A DNA stretch of 64,000 nucleotides. It comes from Eledone cirrhosa (taxonomy: Eukaryota). Positions 1 through 13,235 of this stretch are shown here, in pieces (the stretch's first letter is position 1; the number at the start of each line of letters is the position of its first letter). Made by a program: the position numbers and the translations under genes. Where the stretch lies: NCBI GenBank assembly GCA_964016885.1, contig OZ024755.1, positions 32,736,001 through 32,800,000 of the forward strand, given 5' to 3'. The notes under the pieces are model-generated. The model made no database searches, had not been told where the DNA came from, and worked only from the letters and a program-made list of their open reading frames with translations.

Positions 1-29
1 GCGTGTGTGTGTGTGTATGTGTATGTGTG

Positions 30-63
<34 letters not shown>

Positions 64-583
64 AGTGTATTTGTATATGTATGATGTGTGTGTGTGTGAG
101 AGAGAGAGTATATGAGTGTGTGTATGAGTATATGAGTGTGTGTGTGCATGTGTGTGAGTGTATGAGTGTCTATGTGAATGTGTGAGTATGTGTGTATGCA
201 TGTGTGTGAGTGTGTGTATGTGTATGAGTGTGTGTGTATGTGTGTGTATGAGTGTATGCATGGGTGTGACTGTGTGTGCGTGTGTGTATGTGTATGAGTA
301 TATGATAATGTGTGTATGTGTATGAGTATATGAGAGTGTGTGTGTATGTATGTATGCATGGGTGTGACTGTGCGCGCGTGTGTGTATGCATGTGTGTGAC
401 TGTGTATGTGTGTATGCATGTGTGTGCGTTTGTGAATGTGTATGAGTATATGAGAGTATATGAGAGTATGTGTGTATGTGTATGTGTATATGAGAGTGTG
501 TGTGTATGTATGTATGCATGCATGCATGGGTGTGTGTGCATGTATGTGTGTGTGCATGTGTGTGTGTGAGTGAGTGTGTGTGT
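1..583. repeat. Compound (TG)n/(TATG)n/(TGAG)n microsatellite
   Basis: Directly visible low-complexity tract; explains the CV/HT-rich ORFs. Confidence 0.95.
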
Positions 584-1039
584 GATGGATTGCAACAAGC
601 AATATGTCAGAGAGAAATTTATAGCATTTGGCTTCAAAGGTAAAAGTCGAAAAATAAGCAACACATTAGAGTGAGAGGGTATCAGAGATAGTGTCCCTGG
701 GGGCTCTAATGTTAAAATAGAGCTCAATAAAACAAATGGAGATTTCATGGAAATAACATATTACGACCAAAGTGACTTTTTAAAAGAATGCCGGGTCTTC
801 TTATTAATGGATGATACACTCTACTGTAATGTGTGCAGCTTCTTGCAGAGTTAAAACTAGCAATTGTTAGCTGAGAGTAGGAGGAGGAGGAAGAGGAGTC
901 GTGTGATGTAGAGTGGGTAGACGACCTTCCATCTAACGCAGCCGACAACCAGCAAATATATATACACACACACACACACATACCAACAATTAAGATTGAT
1001 GCTATTGTCAATGTCCCATCCCTCCCTTCCTTAAGAAAT

Positions 1040-1437
1040 AGTTATTTCTACTTTAGGCACAAGGCCAGCAAATATCCCAGTGTATTACTGGTACTTTATT
1101 CTATCGACCGACCCCATAAGGATGAAAAGCAAAGTTAACCTCGGCGGGATTTGAACTCAGATCATAAAGGGCCATAACTCTATGCAACAAAGCATGGCGT
1201 CCAGCCTTCTACTTATACTGCCAATCCCGCCAAACTCTATACTTAATAATTGTTTCTACTTTTGGCACAAGGCCAGCAATTATCTCAGTGTATTACTGGT
1301 ACTTTATTTTATCGACCCCGTAAGGATGAAAGGCAAAGTTAACCTCGGCGGGATTTGAACTCAGACCATAAAGGGCCGTAACTCTTTGCTGCATTGCATG
1401 GCGTCCGACCCTCTACCGATACTGCCAATCCACCACA
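1040..1437 (-). mobile_element. Two adjacent copies of tRNA-derived SINE family A (~185 bp)
   Basis: Reverse strand shows an A-box-like TGGCAGTATCGG, B-box GAGTTCAAATCC, central GCCGAGGTTAACTTTGCCTTTCATCCTTACGGGGTCGATAAAATAAAGTACCAG and tail GGCCTTGTGCCAAAAGTAGAAACAATT. More than 20 full or partial copies occur in the window. Confidence 0.9.
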
Positions 1438-1609
1438 AGAAATAGTGACAGTAGATGCACAGTCTGCTAGCACAAAACAATCATTTGCTACATGTTACTC
1501 AACTGCTACTCTCCACATGTGCAAGACTAATTAAAACCACTGGGATTCCCACATGATTCAACAGAAAAGGTCTGTGGTTTCTGTGTCATATATTCCTCCT
1601 ATCTTCTGA

Positions 1610-1977
1610 TTCGTTTTTTTCAAATAATCATTTTGGAAGAATCAGGATGGAGAGAGAGGTGCTGTACCCCAGCAAATTTTATAAAAGGTGGGTGAATGTG
1701 GCAAAGATGGCCCGAGTGGTTGGGCCTTCTCTCTATATAAGTCTGTAGGTTGAGGAAAAAGAGGAAAAGAGGAGGGGAGTATTCACTCTTGGTGCTCCTG
1801 GAGATGAGGGTTGTACATTTTTTCGGGGTGTGTACAACCCCTGTGTAACACTATTGGGGATTTCAATTGTTATTTGTTATTTTATTAATAGTTTTATTTT
1901 CATATACCTGTATGTAAACTCTCCATTTTTATTTGTCCCCTTCTTTTGTGCCCTTGTGGCTAATAAAGAAATTTATC
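1610..1977 (+). mobile_element. 3' end of an L1/Tx1-like LINE
   Basis: Translates IRMEREVLYPSKFYKRWVNVAKMARVVGPSLYISL*, resembling the F..RW C-terminus of L1/Tx1 ORF2, followed by a 3' UTR ending in AATAAAGAAA. Confidence 0.65.
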
Positions 1978-2410
1978 TTACCTCAGCCAGCCAATGGAAG
2001 ATCCTAATAACTCCTTCTTCATAACCATATTGATTCTCTTTATCACATATCTTTTACTACAGCTAATGGACTAGAAACTAATGGTAATGCATGGCTAAGC
2101 CAAACTTAATTAAATTTCAGACATACATGTATACACTTATATATATATAAAGTGTGTATGTTTATGTGTGTGTGCGTGTGTGTGTTTATATATATATATA
2201 TATATGTATGTAAAAGGTAAACAGAAATAACAACACAATCGGTACAGTATATGGAAGGAATATATTAGTTTAACACTTGAAATAGCAGGAAGAGTTTTAA
2301 TATTCATTGATTTATGGCTAAATAGTGAGTCTTGTTACACTTGAGTTTCATCTGTGCTGCTCACACTTCATAAGGCTCTTTCTTCACTAATATTTTCTTT
2401 ATCAATATCT

Positions 2411-2615
2411 TTAACTCTTTAATGTTCAAACCGACCAGAATTCTCTACCTTTTTCTGTTGAAACTGGCTGTAACTGGTCGCTCAAACTGATTTTAAGGTA
2501 TTGATCTCAAAATAAATACTTTCAAAATCTCATAGATTCGATATTATGTGAGGTAAAGGCTTTACCATGAAAATACAATAGTATATATTGAGTAATGTGA
2601 ATGCTAAAGGGTTAA
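2411..2615 (-). mobile_element. TTAA-flanked MITE (piggyBac-like)
   Basis: Reverse-oriented homolog of 56669-56884; ends ATGCTAAAGGG|TTAA. Confidence 0.8.
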
Positions 2616-2648
2616 GATAACTTTTCAAGAATTATGGACTAGATATAT

Positions 2649-2838
2649 AATTGTTTCTACTTTTGGAACAAGGCCAGCAATTACCCCAGAGCATTACTGG
2701 TGCTTTATTTTATCGACCCTGTAAGGATGAAAAGCAAAGTTAACCTCGGCAGCATTTGAACTGATACTGTAAAGGGGCGTAACTCTATGCTGCAAAGCAT
2801 GGCGTCTGCCTCTCTACTGATACTGTCAACCCACCGAC
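2649..2838 (-). mobile_element. SINE family A copy
   Basis: Same body as 1040-1437. Confidence 0.85.
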
Positions 2839-3084
2839 TAGATATATAATATTGATACTAGTGTCCTCATTACTGAGTTTGTTTATTAAATAGTAGCAAT
2901 CATATATAAATAATATGTAATGTCCCAGCATGGCCTCAGCCATGACTGGAACAAGTAAAAGAGTAATGCTCAATACTGCAAGTATCGACAATTGATCGAC
3001 TTTCATCAAATCAGACCGAGGAAACAATGTTTACATTGGTCTTTCCAATTGCTAACACTATCTCTCAGTCGCAACTCCAGGTAG

Positions 3085-3206
3085 AAGGAGCAACGTGAAA
3101 TAAAGTGTCTTGCTCAAGGACATAACGCATCGCCCGGTCCAGGAATCGAACTCACAACCTTATGATTGCAAATCCAATTCTGTAACCAATCGGCCACACA
3201 CCTTCA
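3085..3206 (-). mobile_element. Head of tRNA-derived SINE family B
   Basis: Reverse strand has A/B-box-like motifs followed by TCCTTGAGCAAGACACTTTATTTCAC, as at 9587. Confidence 0.75.
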
Positions 3207-3992
3207 CAAGTATGGCATCAAATAAGAAGTAGACTTGCCCAATATGTAAGAAAGGATTGAGTCAGAACTGCAAATAATGCATTTAATGCATGCAATGAAT
3301 GCACAAAATATGCTGAAAGTTCTTGTTCTCCATCACACAGAGTGAAAAGGAATTTTTAGATGCAATAATTGCATAGTTATAATTAGTTTTAACTGCAATT
3401 ATTTTGCAGAAGCTTATAATCACTGCACAGAAATGAGTATTTAAGTACTTTATATAAAATAGAGTTAAAATCCAGCAAAGTTACAAAAATCCTGGCAACA
3501 CGACATTCGTAGAACTGATTTGAATACATATTCATATCTAAATATCTGTAATGTCAAGGGATTTTATGATTATTGTTTTATAGCCGAGTCTCCACTAGCC
3601 ATAACTATATCTTGGACACGGCTAGTTATTTTAACAATATACAGATATTAACAGACACCAGAAATAGAACAATTCTTGAATATATTTACATGAGAAATGC
3701 AATTACTGCACGAAATCGTATCCATTGTTATACAGTCTAAGTGTTAGTGAGAGTAAACATCATGATAAATATCTTACTGGAATTTATGCTACATATGTTT
3801 TATTGTTATCTGATCTATATTATTTTTAGATTATCTTATTCCGTTAATCTACCTTTGTTATGTTAGTCTCAATCCTGAAATTACAGATGTGCTATCAATT
3901 GTTCATTTATACCTGTCATTTAGAGTTGGAGACAATTGCTGCTGATAGGACCTGCTGAGGACTCTGCAGTTGACCCTCTCAGGAAGGAGCAG

Positions 3993-3994
<2 letters not shown>

Positions 3995-4068
<74 letters not shown>

Positions 4069-4425
4069 AGAGAAAGAAAGAAAAGGAGAAAGAGAGAGAG
4101 GGGGAGAAAGAGAGAAAGGAGAGAAAGAAAGAAAAGGAGAAAGAGGGAGAGAAAGAAAGAAAAGGAGAAAGAGGGAGAGAGAGAGAGAGGAGAAAGAGAG
4201 AAAGGAGAGAAAGAAAGAAGAGGAGAAAGAGAGAGAGAGAAAGAAAGAAAGAAGAGGAGAAAGAGAGAGAGAGAAAGAAAGAAAAGGAGAAAGAAAGAGA
4301 GAAAGGAAGGAAGGGAGAAAGAAAGAGAGAAAGAAAGGAAGGAAGAAAGAGAGAAAGAAAGGAAGGAAGAAAGAGAGAAAGAAAGGAAGGAAGAAAGAGA
4401 GAAACAAAGGAAGGAAGAAAGAAAG
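3995..4425. repeat. (GA)n/(GAAA)n/(GGAA)n purine tract
   Basis: Directly visible; source of the E/R/K and L/S/F ORFs. Confidence 0.95.
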
Positions 4426-6014
4426 ACCTTTCATTCATGTTTTGCTTAAATCTTCCCTAGTGTCTATTTCAGGAAAGTTGATAAAGGAAAATAGTGTTGT
4501 TTATTATTGGGCACAATGCAACAATATTGATATCAGAGAATTTAAAACCCTTAATTTATGGGCCAATAATTATAGACAAATATACTTTAGCTACTTCAGT
4601 GGGAAAATATTTATATATTTTAAACTCTATTTTCTTAAATTATTAACCTCGGGGTAGGTGTTAACTCGACTTTCTGATCAACTAGAAATTGTAAAATGAT
4701 AGATTGCTGAGACGGCTTCCAACACAGAATAAATAATATAGAGAACTATAAAACAAAGAAATATTTTCAACCTCATATGCTCTATTGGGTTGTTAATTTT
4801 GGACAGTATCTAGACAGAAGATAAAACATTTAGTTCTGTGTACTTTGAACCAGTATTCTGGCATTGGAAAATAATCTGGGAAAAACATAAAAGTTAGAAC
4901 CAAGAAGTATGTATACTTTATAATAGATTTAATATTAGAGGCATCTGCTCTGGTATCTGCTATTTAGCTGGAAGCAGTTAATACTAATATTGTTCTCTTG
5001 CCTGGAAATGTAAAGATTTCACAGTAAACAGATGATTTGTTCTGAAACAAGGGGTCTTCTAGAACTGATGTGAAAAAAGATTATCAATCATTGAATGATC
5101 TTCCAGCATGCATAAACAGCTGAAAGCTATGCAAGAATTGTTCACAGAACAAAGAAAAAACATCTAAAAATAATGCAGTTAATCTTAACCATGGGAAAAC
5201 AAAATTTCAAGTTAAATAAATGGAATAGAAAAATGGAAAAAAAAAGCAAAAAACTAAACACAAGTTAAAAAAAAAAAGAAGGAAAGTTAAAACTTTAATT
5301 GAATTTAAAAAACTTAAAGGATGGAAAAAAAAAAAATCAATTTTATAAAAAAAAAAAATAAAAAAAATATGGCATATACACGCCAGGATTTTTCAAGAAT
5401 TTGTAACTGTGAAATCTGATTGCTTGACACTTCTATTTTAGTGAGAACTTTGCTCGGAGACATATTGCTCCGGGGAAATTTTCTGGTGCTATATCTCTCA
5501 TTCCACCTCCTGATTATTGCCAACTTGTATCTAATGAATGCAAATATATTTTCAGGGGAGTAGGGAATATTTTGCTTGCTTTTTCTTTTTTCTTTTTTTT
5601 TTTCACATAAGGCAGAGGTGCAAGTTTTTTTGGTAATGTAAGGTTCTAACCACTCTTTACCTCTACTTTTGTGGTAGCGAAAGATGATTTTTTAATTGAC
5701 TTCTATTGGCTTACAAGGACAGCTGCAATGGTTTCTTTCTGCACTGGCTTAATATTCTATGGCTACACACAGCTGTCAATTCTGTCTATAAACTTAGATT
5801 GGTCTCTGTCACCATTTCAGGAGCCATCTGCTTTATTCCTGAGAGAAATAAATGACGTGCTGAAATTATATTTAATGGACAGAAAAGCTACTGCACACTG
5901 AAACTAAGACAAAATTAACAATAATGATTTCTTAATTGGACATAAAGTTGAAAATTGAAACTGACTTGTGAACTCAATTCATTGAGAACTTTATATTTCA
6001 GCATGATACACTGC

Positions 6015-7122
6015 AACTAACAACACAACCAACACCACGACCACAACCACAACCACCACCAACACAACAACCACCACAACTAACACAAACACCACAACTA
6101 ACACAACGACCAACACCACTAACATCAACACAACCAACACCACAATTAACATAACTAACACAACCACCACCAACACAACCAACACCACCACTACCGCAAC
6201 CAGCAACACAACCACCACCAACACCACAACCAACACCACCAACAACAAATCAACACCACAACCTCCACAACCACCAACACAACCAACACAACCAACACTA
6301 CCACCACCACAACCACCAACAACAAATTAACACCACAACCACCAACACCACAACCAACACAACCACCACCACCACCACCACCACCACAGCCAACATAACA
6401 ATACCAACACCACAACCAACACCACCACCACCACCACAGCCAACATAACACAACCAACACCACCATCACCACCACCACCACCACCACAGCCAACATAACA
6501 ATACCAACACCACAACCAACACCACCACCACCACCACAGCCAACATGACACAACCAACACCACCACCACCACCACCACAGCCAACATAACAATACCAACA
6601 CCACAACCAACACCACCACCACCACCACAGCCAACATAACACAACCAACACCACCATCACCACCACCACCACCACCACAGCCAACATAACAATACCAACA
6701 CCACAACCAATACAACCACCACCACCACCACCACAGCCAACATAACACAACCAATACCACCACCACCACCACAGCCAACATAACACAACCAACACCACCA
6801 CCACCACCGCAGCCAACATAACACAACCAACACCACAACCACCACCACCACTACCACAGCCAACATAATACCAACACCACAACCAATACAACCACCACCA
6901 CCACCACCACCACCACAGCCAACATAACACAACCAACACCACCACCAACATAACAATACCAACACCACAACCAATACAACCACCACCACCACCAACATAA
7001 CACAACCAACACCACCACTACCACAGCCAACATAACAATACCAACACCACAGCCAACATAACACAACCAACACCACCACCACCACCACCACCACAACCAC
7101 CAACAACAAATGAACACCACCA
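6015..7122. repeat. ACC/AAC-rich compound minisatellite
   Basis: Recurring CAGCCAACATAACA...ACCAACACCAC units with variable (ACC)n. Confidence 0.92.
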
Positions 7123-8016
7123 CAAGGCCAACAATATTTCTTTTGGGGAACAGGGGCGATTTAATCGAAGGGAAATCGATTAAATTGGACCCAGTACATT
7201 ACTGGTACTTTATTTTATCAACTTCGTAAGTACGAAAGGCAAAGCTAACCTTGGCAGAATTTGAACTCAGAACGTAAAGGGTCGTAACTCTATGCTGCAA
7301 AGCATGGTAATAATAAAGAAAGTAAGAGTCATTTGAACAGTGAATAGAATGCTTCATGGTATATGTACCAGTTCTCTGCACTCTGAGTTCAAATCCTGCT
7401 AAGGTAAACTTTACTGTTTCATATTTCTAGGGCTGATAAATAAAGTAGTAGCCCAATACTGGATGCCATTCCTATCACCAACCACCTTACAGAGTGTACT
7501 GGGTGTGTTTCATTACACTCCCCATTCTCTTATCTTCTAGAAGATTGTGCTATTCTTATGTCTTACGGCCACCCTCTTTTGAAGTCAGTTCACTTGGATT
7601 TGGCACCTGATATATTTCACTTTATCAAGTATCTATGAGTTCTGTTAAAGATCTATAAAACATATTACTGAACTAGTCCCAAATAAAAGATCAATGAAAT
7701 ATATCTTACACAGAGATGAACTGAAAGGCATTATTGATAAGAACTGTTTCAGAAGTGAAGTATATAATAAAATAATTAATGCATTAAGAGAACATTAATT
7801 TGCTTATAGAGTAATACATATTAATTAATTTGGAAGCTATATTTGAAATCTTGACTATGCTAATGTTTGCAATATCATCAATAAATAAGATAAACAAGTA
7901 GGAGTGGGCGGGAAGTAAATTATTATCACATCAACCTCAACCAGCTTCAATTTCAGAACAAAAACCAAACAACAACTAAACATGAGAAAATATAAAGTAA
8001 TTAAAGTCTTGTAACA

Positions 8017-8784
8017 AGAATGTCTCATGGTAGTTCAGAGTTGAGCTTCAATTCTTAAAAAGTTATGTATGATATTTTGGCAGGAACACAACCTCAGTTT
8101 AAGTGTTAGGTAAGGATGTCTCATGGTAGTTCAGAGTTGAGCTTCAATTCTTAAAAAGTTATGTATGATATTTTGACAGGAACATGACCTGAATCTAAGT
8201 GTTAGGTAAGGATGTGTCATGGTAGTTCAGAGATGAGCTTCAATTCTTAAAAAGTTATGTATGATATTTTGGCAGGAACACAACCTCAGTTTAAGTGTTA
8301 GGTAAGGATGTGTCATGGTAGTTCAGAGATGAGCTTCAATTCTTAAAAAGTTATGTATGATATTTTGGCAGGAACACAACCTCAGTTTAAGTGTTAGGTA
8401 AGGATGTGTCATGGTAGTTCAGAGTTGAGCTTCAATTCTTAAAAAGTTATGTATGATATTTTGGCAGGAACATGACCTGAGTCTAAGTGTTAGGTAAGGA
8501 TGTGTCATGGTAGTTCAGAGATGAGCTTCAATTCTTAAAAAGTTATGTATGATATTTTGGCAGGAACACAACCTGAGTTTAAGTGTTAGGTAAGGATGTG
8601 TCATGGTAGTTCAGAGTTGAGCTTCAATTCTTAAAAAGTTATGTATGATATTTTAGCAGGAACACAACCTGAGTTTAAGTGTTAGGTAAGGATGTGTCAT
8701 GGTAGTTCAGAGATGAGCTTCAATTCTTAAAACGTTATTTATGGTATTTTAGCAGGAACAGGACCTGAGTTTAAGTGTAGGGTA
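8017..8784. repeat. 96-bp tandem repeat, ~8 copies
   Basis: AGGATGTGTCATGGTAGTTCAGAG...AAGTGTTAGGTA recurs with period 96 (8113, 8209, ...). Confidence 0.95.
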
Positions 8785-8904
8785 TTGATATTCTGCATGA
8801 AATCTTGAAATATTTTAGGTTTAGTTATTTTATTAAATCTAAGGAAAATATTGATTTCTTACATTGCTCAATATTATATAGTAGGGAAGAAAAACTTAAC
8901 CTGC

Positions 8905-9203
8905 CATCTGTAACAAAAATGGAGCTAAAGGCAAGCGAGGCACTGCCCCCCGGAGCAGATACAAACTATGCAGTGTGGAAGTGCCTAAACAGACCAAGAT
9001 CTGGTGGTGAACATGCAAAAGTCAATCTTGCAAAATGGGGATATTTAAAGGATAGGGATATTGTGTGTGACTGTGGCATTGAACCACAGACTACGCAGCA
9101 CCTCCTGACATGCCCCCTGCTGGAGCACCCCTACACAGCATTGGACTTGGCAGAGTTTGAGAAAGGGCAGCAATGTGTTCAGCTGTGGTGGAACCACATC
9201 TAG
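8905..9203 (+). mobile_element. 3' fragment of an Ingi/Vingi-like LINE ORF (CCHC knuckle)
   Basis: LPPGADTNYAVWKCLNRPRSG...NLAKWGY...CDCGIEPQTTQHLLTCP matches the W..LNR.R.G / KWG / CxC..QT..H...C pattern of Ingi/Vingi-type C-termini. Confidence 0.75.
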
Positions 9204-9586
9204 CCAAATTAGAATTTTATTTCTCACCCTAACACAGCCGATACATAAATATAAGTATGCACACATACATATATCATCATCATCATATATATATATCATC
9301 ATCATCATATATATATATTTGTTTTGCAAGGATTTTGATATGAAATCGTGTGTCGAAACAAATATTGTTATACTTGGGGAGGATTATATTGTTGTAATAT
9401 ATTTTTATCTGTATTTTTAACCGTTGGTAAATCAATGATAAACATTGATTGCCAAATAAATTAACTATGGAGATATAAAAGATACAGAAGTGAAAACCAA
9501 CCAAACAGTGAGTGTGTTCTGTTATTATTTCTGGCAATATTATTACAACAATATGACCCTTCCCAAGTATAACAATATATATATAT

Positions 9587-9929
9587 GGAGGTACATGGCT
9601 TAGTGGTTAGAGCATTGGCCTTGCAATCGAAAGGTTGTGAGTTCAATTCTCAGACCGGGTGATGTGTTGTTTCCTTGAGCAAGACACTTTATTTCACATT
9701 GCTCCAGTTTACTCAGCTGTAGAAATGAGATGATAGGGACTGGGGTCCCTATCATTCCACTGCAGAGTGGACGTGGAGGTGCCACGGCAAAAAAGCACCC
9801 AGCACTCACTGTAAATGAGGTTGGTGTTAGGAAGGGCATCCAGCTGTAGAAATCAAGCCAGAATCAGTTCCCGTCCCACCCTTGCAAGCAGGGAAAAAGC
9901 GGACGTAAAATGAAATGAATGAAATGAAT
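9587..9929 (+). mobile_element. Full-length SINE family B (tRNA head, core, RTE-type tail)
   Basis: TGGCTTAGTGGTTAGAGC (A box), GAGTTCAATTC (B box), core TCCTTGAGCAAGACAC, tail GGTTGGTGTTAGGAAGGGCATCCAGC...; near-identical copy at 59039-59383. Confidence 0.9.
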
Positions 9930-9933
9930 ATAT

Positions 9934-10126
9934 ATAGGAACCAGTAAGACCCCGACGGCTGAGCTCAAGCCGTTTCGACGGCTAATTCTGGACTAGAATT
10001 AGCCGTCGAAACGGCTTGAGCTCAGCCGTCGGGGTCTTACTGGTTCCTATTACCCACTCTACTACCCTAAGTATTGAGTAATTTGGTGCGTTATGGTCCA
10101 CCTGGTTCCTTACCACATTTCCTTCG

Positions 10127-10130
<4 letters not shown>
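9934..10130. mobile_element. (TA)n-embedded palindromic element, 56-bp perfect inverted repeat
   Basis: 9934-9989 is the exact reverse complement of 9995-10050; relatives at 30444-30650, 39752-39915 and 40841-40890. Confidence 0.85.
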
Positions 10131-10175
<45 letters not shown>

Positions 10176-11352
10176 CACACACATATATATGTATGTATAC
10201 ACACATATATATATGAATATGTTTTCACTCTTATGAGGCTGTTTACTTGTAAACAAACTGAATATTTATGATATTATTATATTTTATATTGTTATTAATA
10301 TTCACTCACGAATATAGGATAAAATGTACTGCATATACAAGTAGTTATAATATTTTCGCTTCAGCCTTTGACTACATAAGTCACATATTGCTTTTTTTCT
10401 AAACACTGTAACTTCATATACAGCTGCATATAAATAAATAAATAATGTTGAAGTAATCCCTATCATTCCCAATACAGTTTGGTCAATTCCTGGAACCATA
10501 CGGATCATAGAAATATATTTCTATGATCTCTGCCTGGAACAAACATATTAACCAGAACTTTTAAATCCCCACTTTTGATTGATAACCAATCGATAGAGAA
10601 ATGTGCATATGTTTCATACACACATGAAAAATGTGTGTATATAAATCATGAAACTACATCTCATCAGAGGCATGTTTGGTTGGTATCAAATTTGGCTTAA
10701 GTAGTTGTTTCACATGATATATCATCAATGTATATTTCTTTACAAAACCATTATTAATGTAGACTGATTAGTGACATGACAAACCTGCCCTACATTTTCA
10801 ACTATTTGCCTGTGTGGATGTGTGTGTGTTTATGTGCATGTATGCATTAATATAGACTGATTAGTGACATGACAAACCTGTCGTATATTTTCAACTATTT
10901 GCCTGTGTGTTTGTGTGGATGTTTGTGTGTGTGTGGATGTGTGTGAGTGGATGTGAATGAGCGAGCGAGTGTGTCAGTGTGTGTGTGTGTGTGTGTGCAT
11001 GTGTGTATGCATGTGTGTATGTGTGTGTATGTGATAATATGGGCTGCAAATTTCAAACACACAGTAAGGTTTAACAGTTAAGTTGCATGCAAGTTTTTTG
11101 CACCCCTGTTTTAGTAAAAACAACAACAAAAACTGCTGTAAATATAGAAGTAAATATAGTAATAGGTTATTCCCTGCAAATGTTAAGCATTAACTATGCT
11201 AGTGCAAATCACATGTTAGGATGAGCTAATCAATTTATTTAGAAAAATTTCAATGATAAAGAAATTCTAGATTAACGAGTGGAATTAAATCTTAGAAACC
11301 AAATGAAATTAAGAACAATTAATTCTCTAAGTTTTTAATTTCTATACCTTAC

Positions 11353-11385
11353 CAGGAAGTCTACGTCAGCATTTCCAAAGTTCAT
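11353..11385 (-). CDS. Candidate short start exon (MNFGNADVDFL)
   Basis: ATG AAC TTT GGA AAT GCT GAC GTA GAC TTC CTG|GTAAGG: an ATG with a strong donor in unique sequence; no homology recognised. Confidence 0.25.
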
Positions 11386-11947
11386 ATCTCACTTTTCATT
11401 TTAACTTGAGATGAGAAACCAACATAGTTAATTTACATATTATTGTGTTACCACGAAATACAATTCTTTAGCCAGAATTTTGGCTTTTTTACTTTAACGA
11501 ATTAAATATTACATATTCACTTTGCTCAAGCTTTTACAATATTTCTATTTCATTGTTTATAGAAAGATTAATAATAGCAAGAGGAAAATTTCACTAAAAT
11601 CCACTCAAAACACTTTGAATTTTATTGAAAATAAGGAAAAAAATAGTTTAAAGCAAAATGTATAGGAAATTGTAACAATAGTAGTCTGCTGGAGATATTT
11701 TTCATGAAAAGATATCATGTGTCATTACATAGAAATATGTCTTTATAAATGTAACTGATACATTTTTTTCTCTAATTTAAAATCTATATATTGATTTTTT
11801 TAATACTTAAATGGTAGTCTACTTCTTTTTTAACTAGTATTTCTAACAGTTTATTCCATTTACCGTTTTGGTAAATTTTATTTTATTATTCATATATTTA
11901 TGAGTTTTATGAGTCTTCATTTTCTCATTATATTTCACTTTCCAATG

Positions 11948-12264
11948 ATTGCCTGTTTAGTAAAGTACTGTTTAGTAGAGTACTATGACTGCCTGTTTAG
12001 TAGAGTACTATGGATGCCTGTTTAGTAGAGTACTATGGCTGCCTGTTTAGTAAAGTACTGTTTAGTAGAGTACTATGGCTGCCTGTTTAGTAAAGTACTG
12101 TTTAGTAGAATACTATGACTGCCTGTTTAGTAGAGTACTATGGCTGCCTGTTTAGTAGAGTACTATGGCTGCCTGTTTAGTAGAGTACTATGACTGCCTG
12201 TTTAGTAGAGTACTAATGGCTGCCTGTTTAGTAGAGTACTATGACTGCCTGTATAGTAGAGTAC
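11948..12264. repeat. 25-bp (with 15-bp variants) minisatellite
   Basis: ATGGCTGCCTGTTTAGTAGAGTACT repeated. Confidence 0.92.
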
Positions 12265-12875
12265 CATCTTATAGGTTCCGCATGTTTTCATTACGAGATA
12301 TATCGCCAATGGTTGGCCTTACAGCTGTAAATCAGAAGAACTGCAGAAATAATCAGATGTAGGATTATTTATAACAATGGAAACCAACTAGCTATAACCA
12401 ATGGCAGGGAAGTGAATAGAAGAATGATAAAATACCATTTGATACTATTTATCATCATTTAATATACAGATCGTCAGTAGTTAATGTAGTAAATAGAATA
12501 GCAGCAGGCGGCTTGAAATAAAGTCAATATATATCATTATTCTTGTTAGTTTATAGAGCAGAGCTACTGCAAAACAGTTATTTGTTGACTTTTGAGATTA
12601 TTAGCTACTTCTGATGGTTAAACATGCAGTCTTATGGGTTCACCATCATCATCATCACCATTTAGCATCCATGGGTTAGATGGGTTGCCCATGCCAGGAG
12701 GCAAGCCTGGCCAGAGTTGGCCATGTCACACCTTGCCCCCGGGCAAGGAGGACTGTAAATTAGGCCGGATGCCCTTCCTAATACGAACCACATTTACAGT
12801 GTGGAACTTGATACAAAATTAAATGACTGTAAAGAAAGGCAAAAGAAATGTTCGGCAATTGTTGTAGCTGAGACA

Positions 12876-13235
12876 TCATCAGTTGTTAGCTGTCGAGACA
12901 CTGCATCCTTTAAAACCTCCATGGAACAAACTACCTGCATCAGTTGTTAGCTGTCGAGACACTGCATCCTTTAAAACCTCCATGGAACAAACTACCTGCA
13001 TCAGTTGTTAGCTGTCGAGACACTGCATCCTTTAAAACCTCCATGCTTCCTGAAATTCGCCAACACTACACCTAATATTCCCCCTCCATACACACACACA
13101 TGTATATCATGACTCATACACTGTTCACTTTTCTGACATTTGTACATTATTCTATGTACTATACATACACCTTTGATGAGTTGTAGTGCACCAGAGCACT
13201 GTACACAATAATTTCATTATCATTATTATTATTAT
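12876..13235 (+). mobile_element. CR1-like LINE 3' end with internal 61-bp tandem triplication
   Basis: WNKLPASVVSCRDTASFKTSMLPEIRQHYT* is a CR1-type WN.LP..VV...FK terminus; the 3' UTR ends in (ATT)n and its terminal part recurs at 51123-51210. Confidence 0.75.

Noticed and set aside
745-1011. Ser-rich minus-strand ORF (also 5314-5523 and a possible exon at 3913-3980)
   Set aside because: No recognisable homology and weak or ambiguous splice signals; these could be UTR or alternative exons but are unsupported.
8017-8784. CRISPR-like appearance of regular arrays (also 21814, 37125, 42457)
   Set aside because: There are no unique spacers and no cas genes, and the context is eukaryotic; these are plain tandem repeats.
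9587-9665. tRNA gene
   Set aside because: The A/B boxes continue into a SINE core and tail, with no proper acceptor stem or terminator.
10600-10670. Minus-strand CTGATGA...GAAACATATGCA hammerhead-like motif
   Set aside because: U16.1 is absent, there is no helix I and helix II is not closed.
12255-12352. Possible exon or Gypsy-like RYIANGWP peptide
   Set aside because: Too short, with no supporting flanking motifs in any frame.
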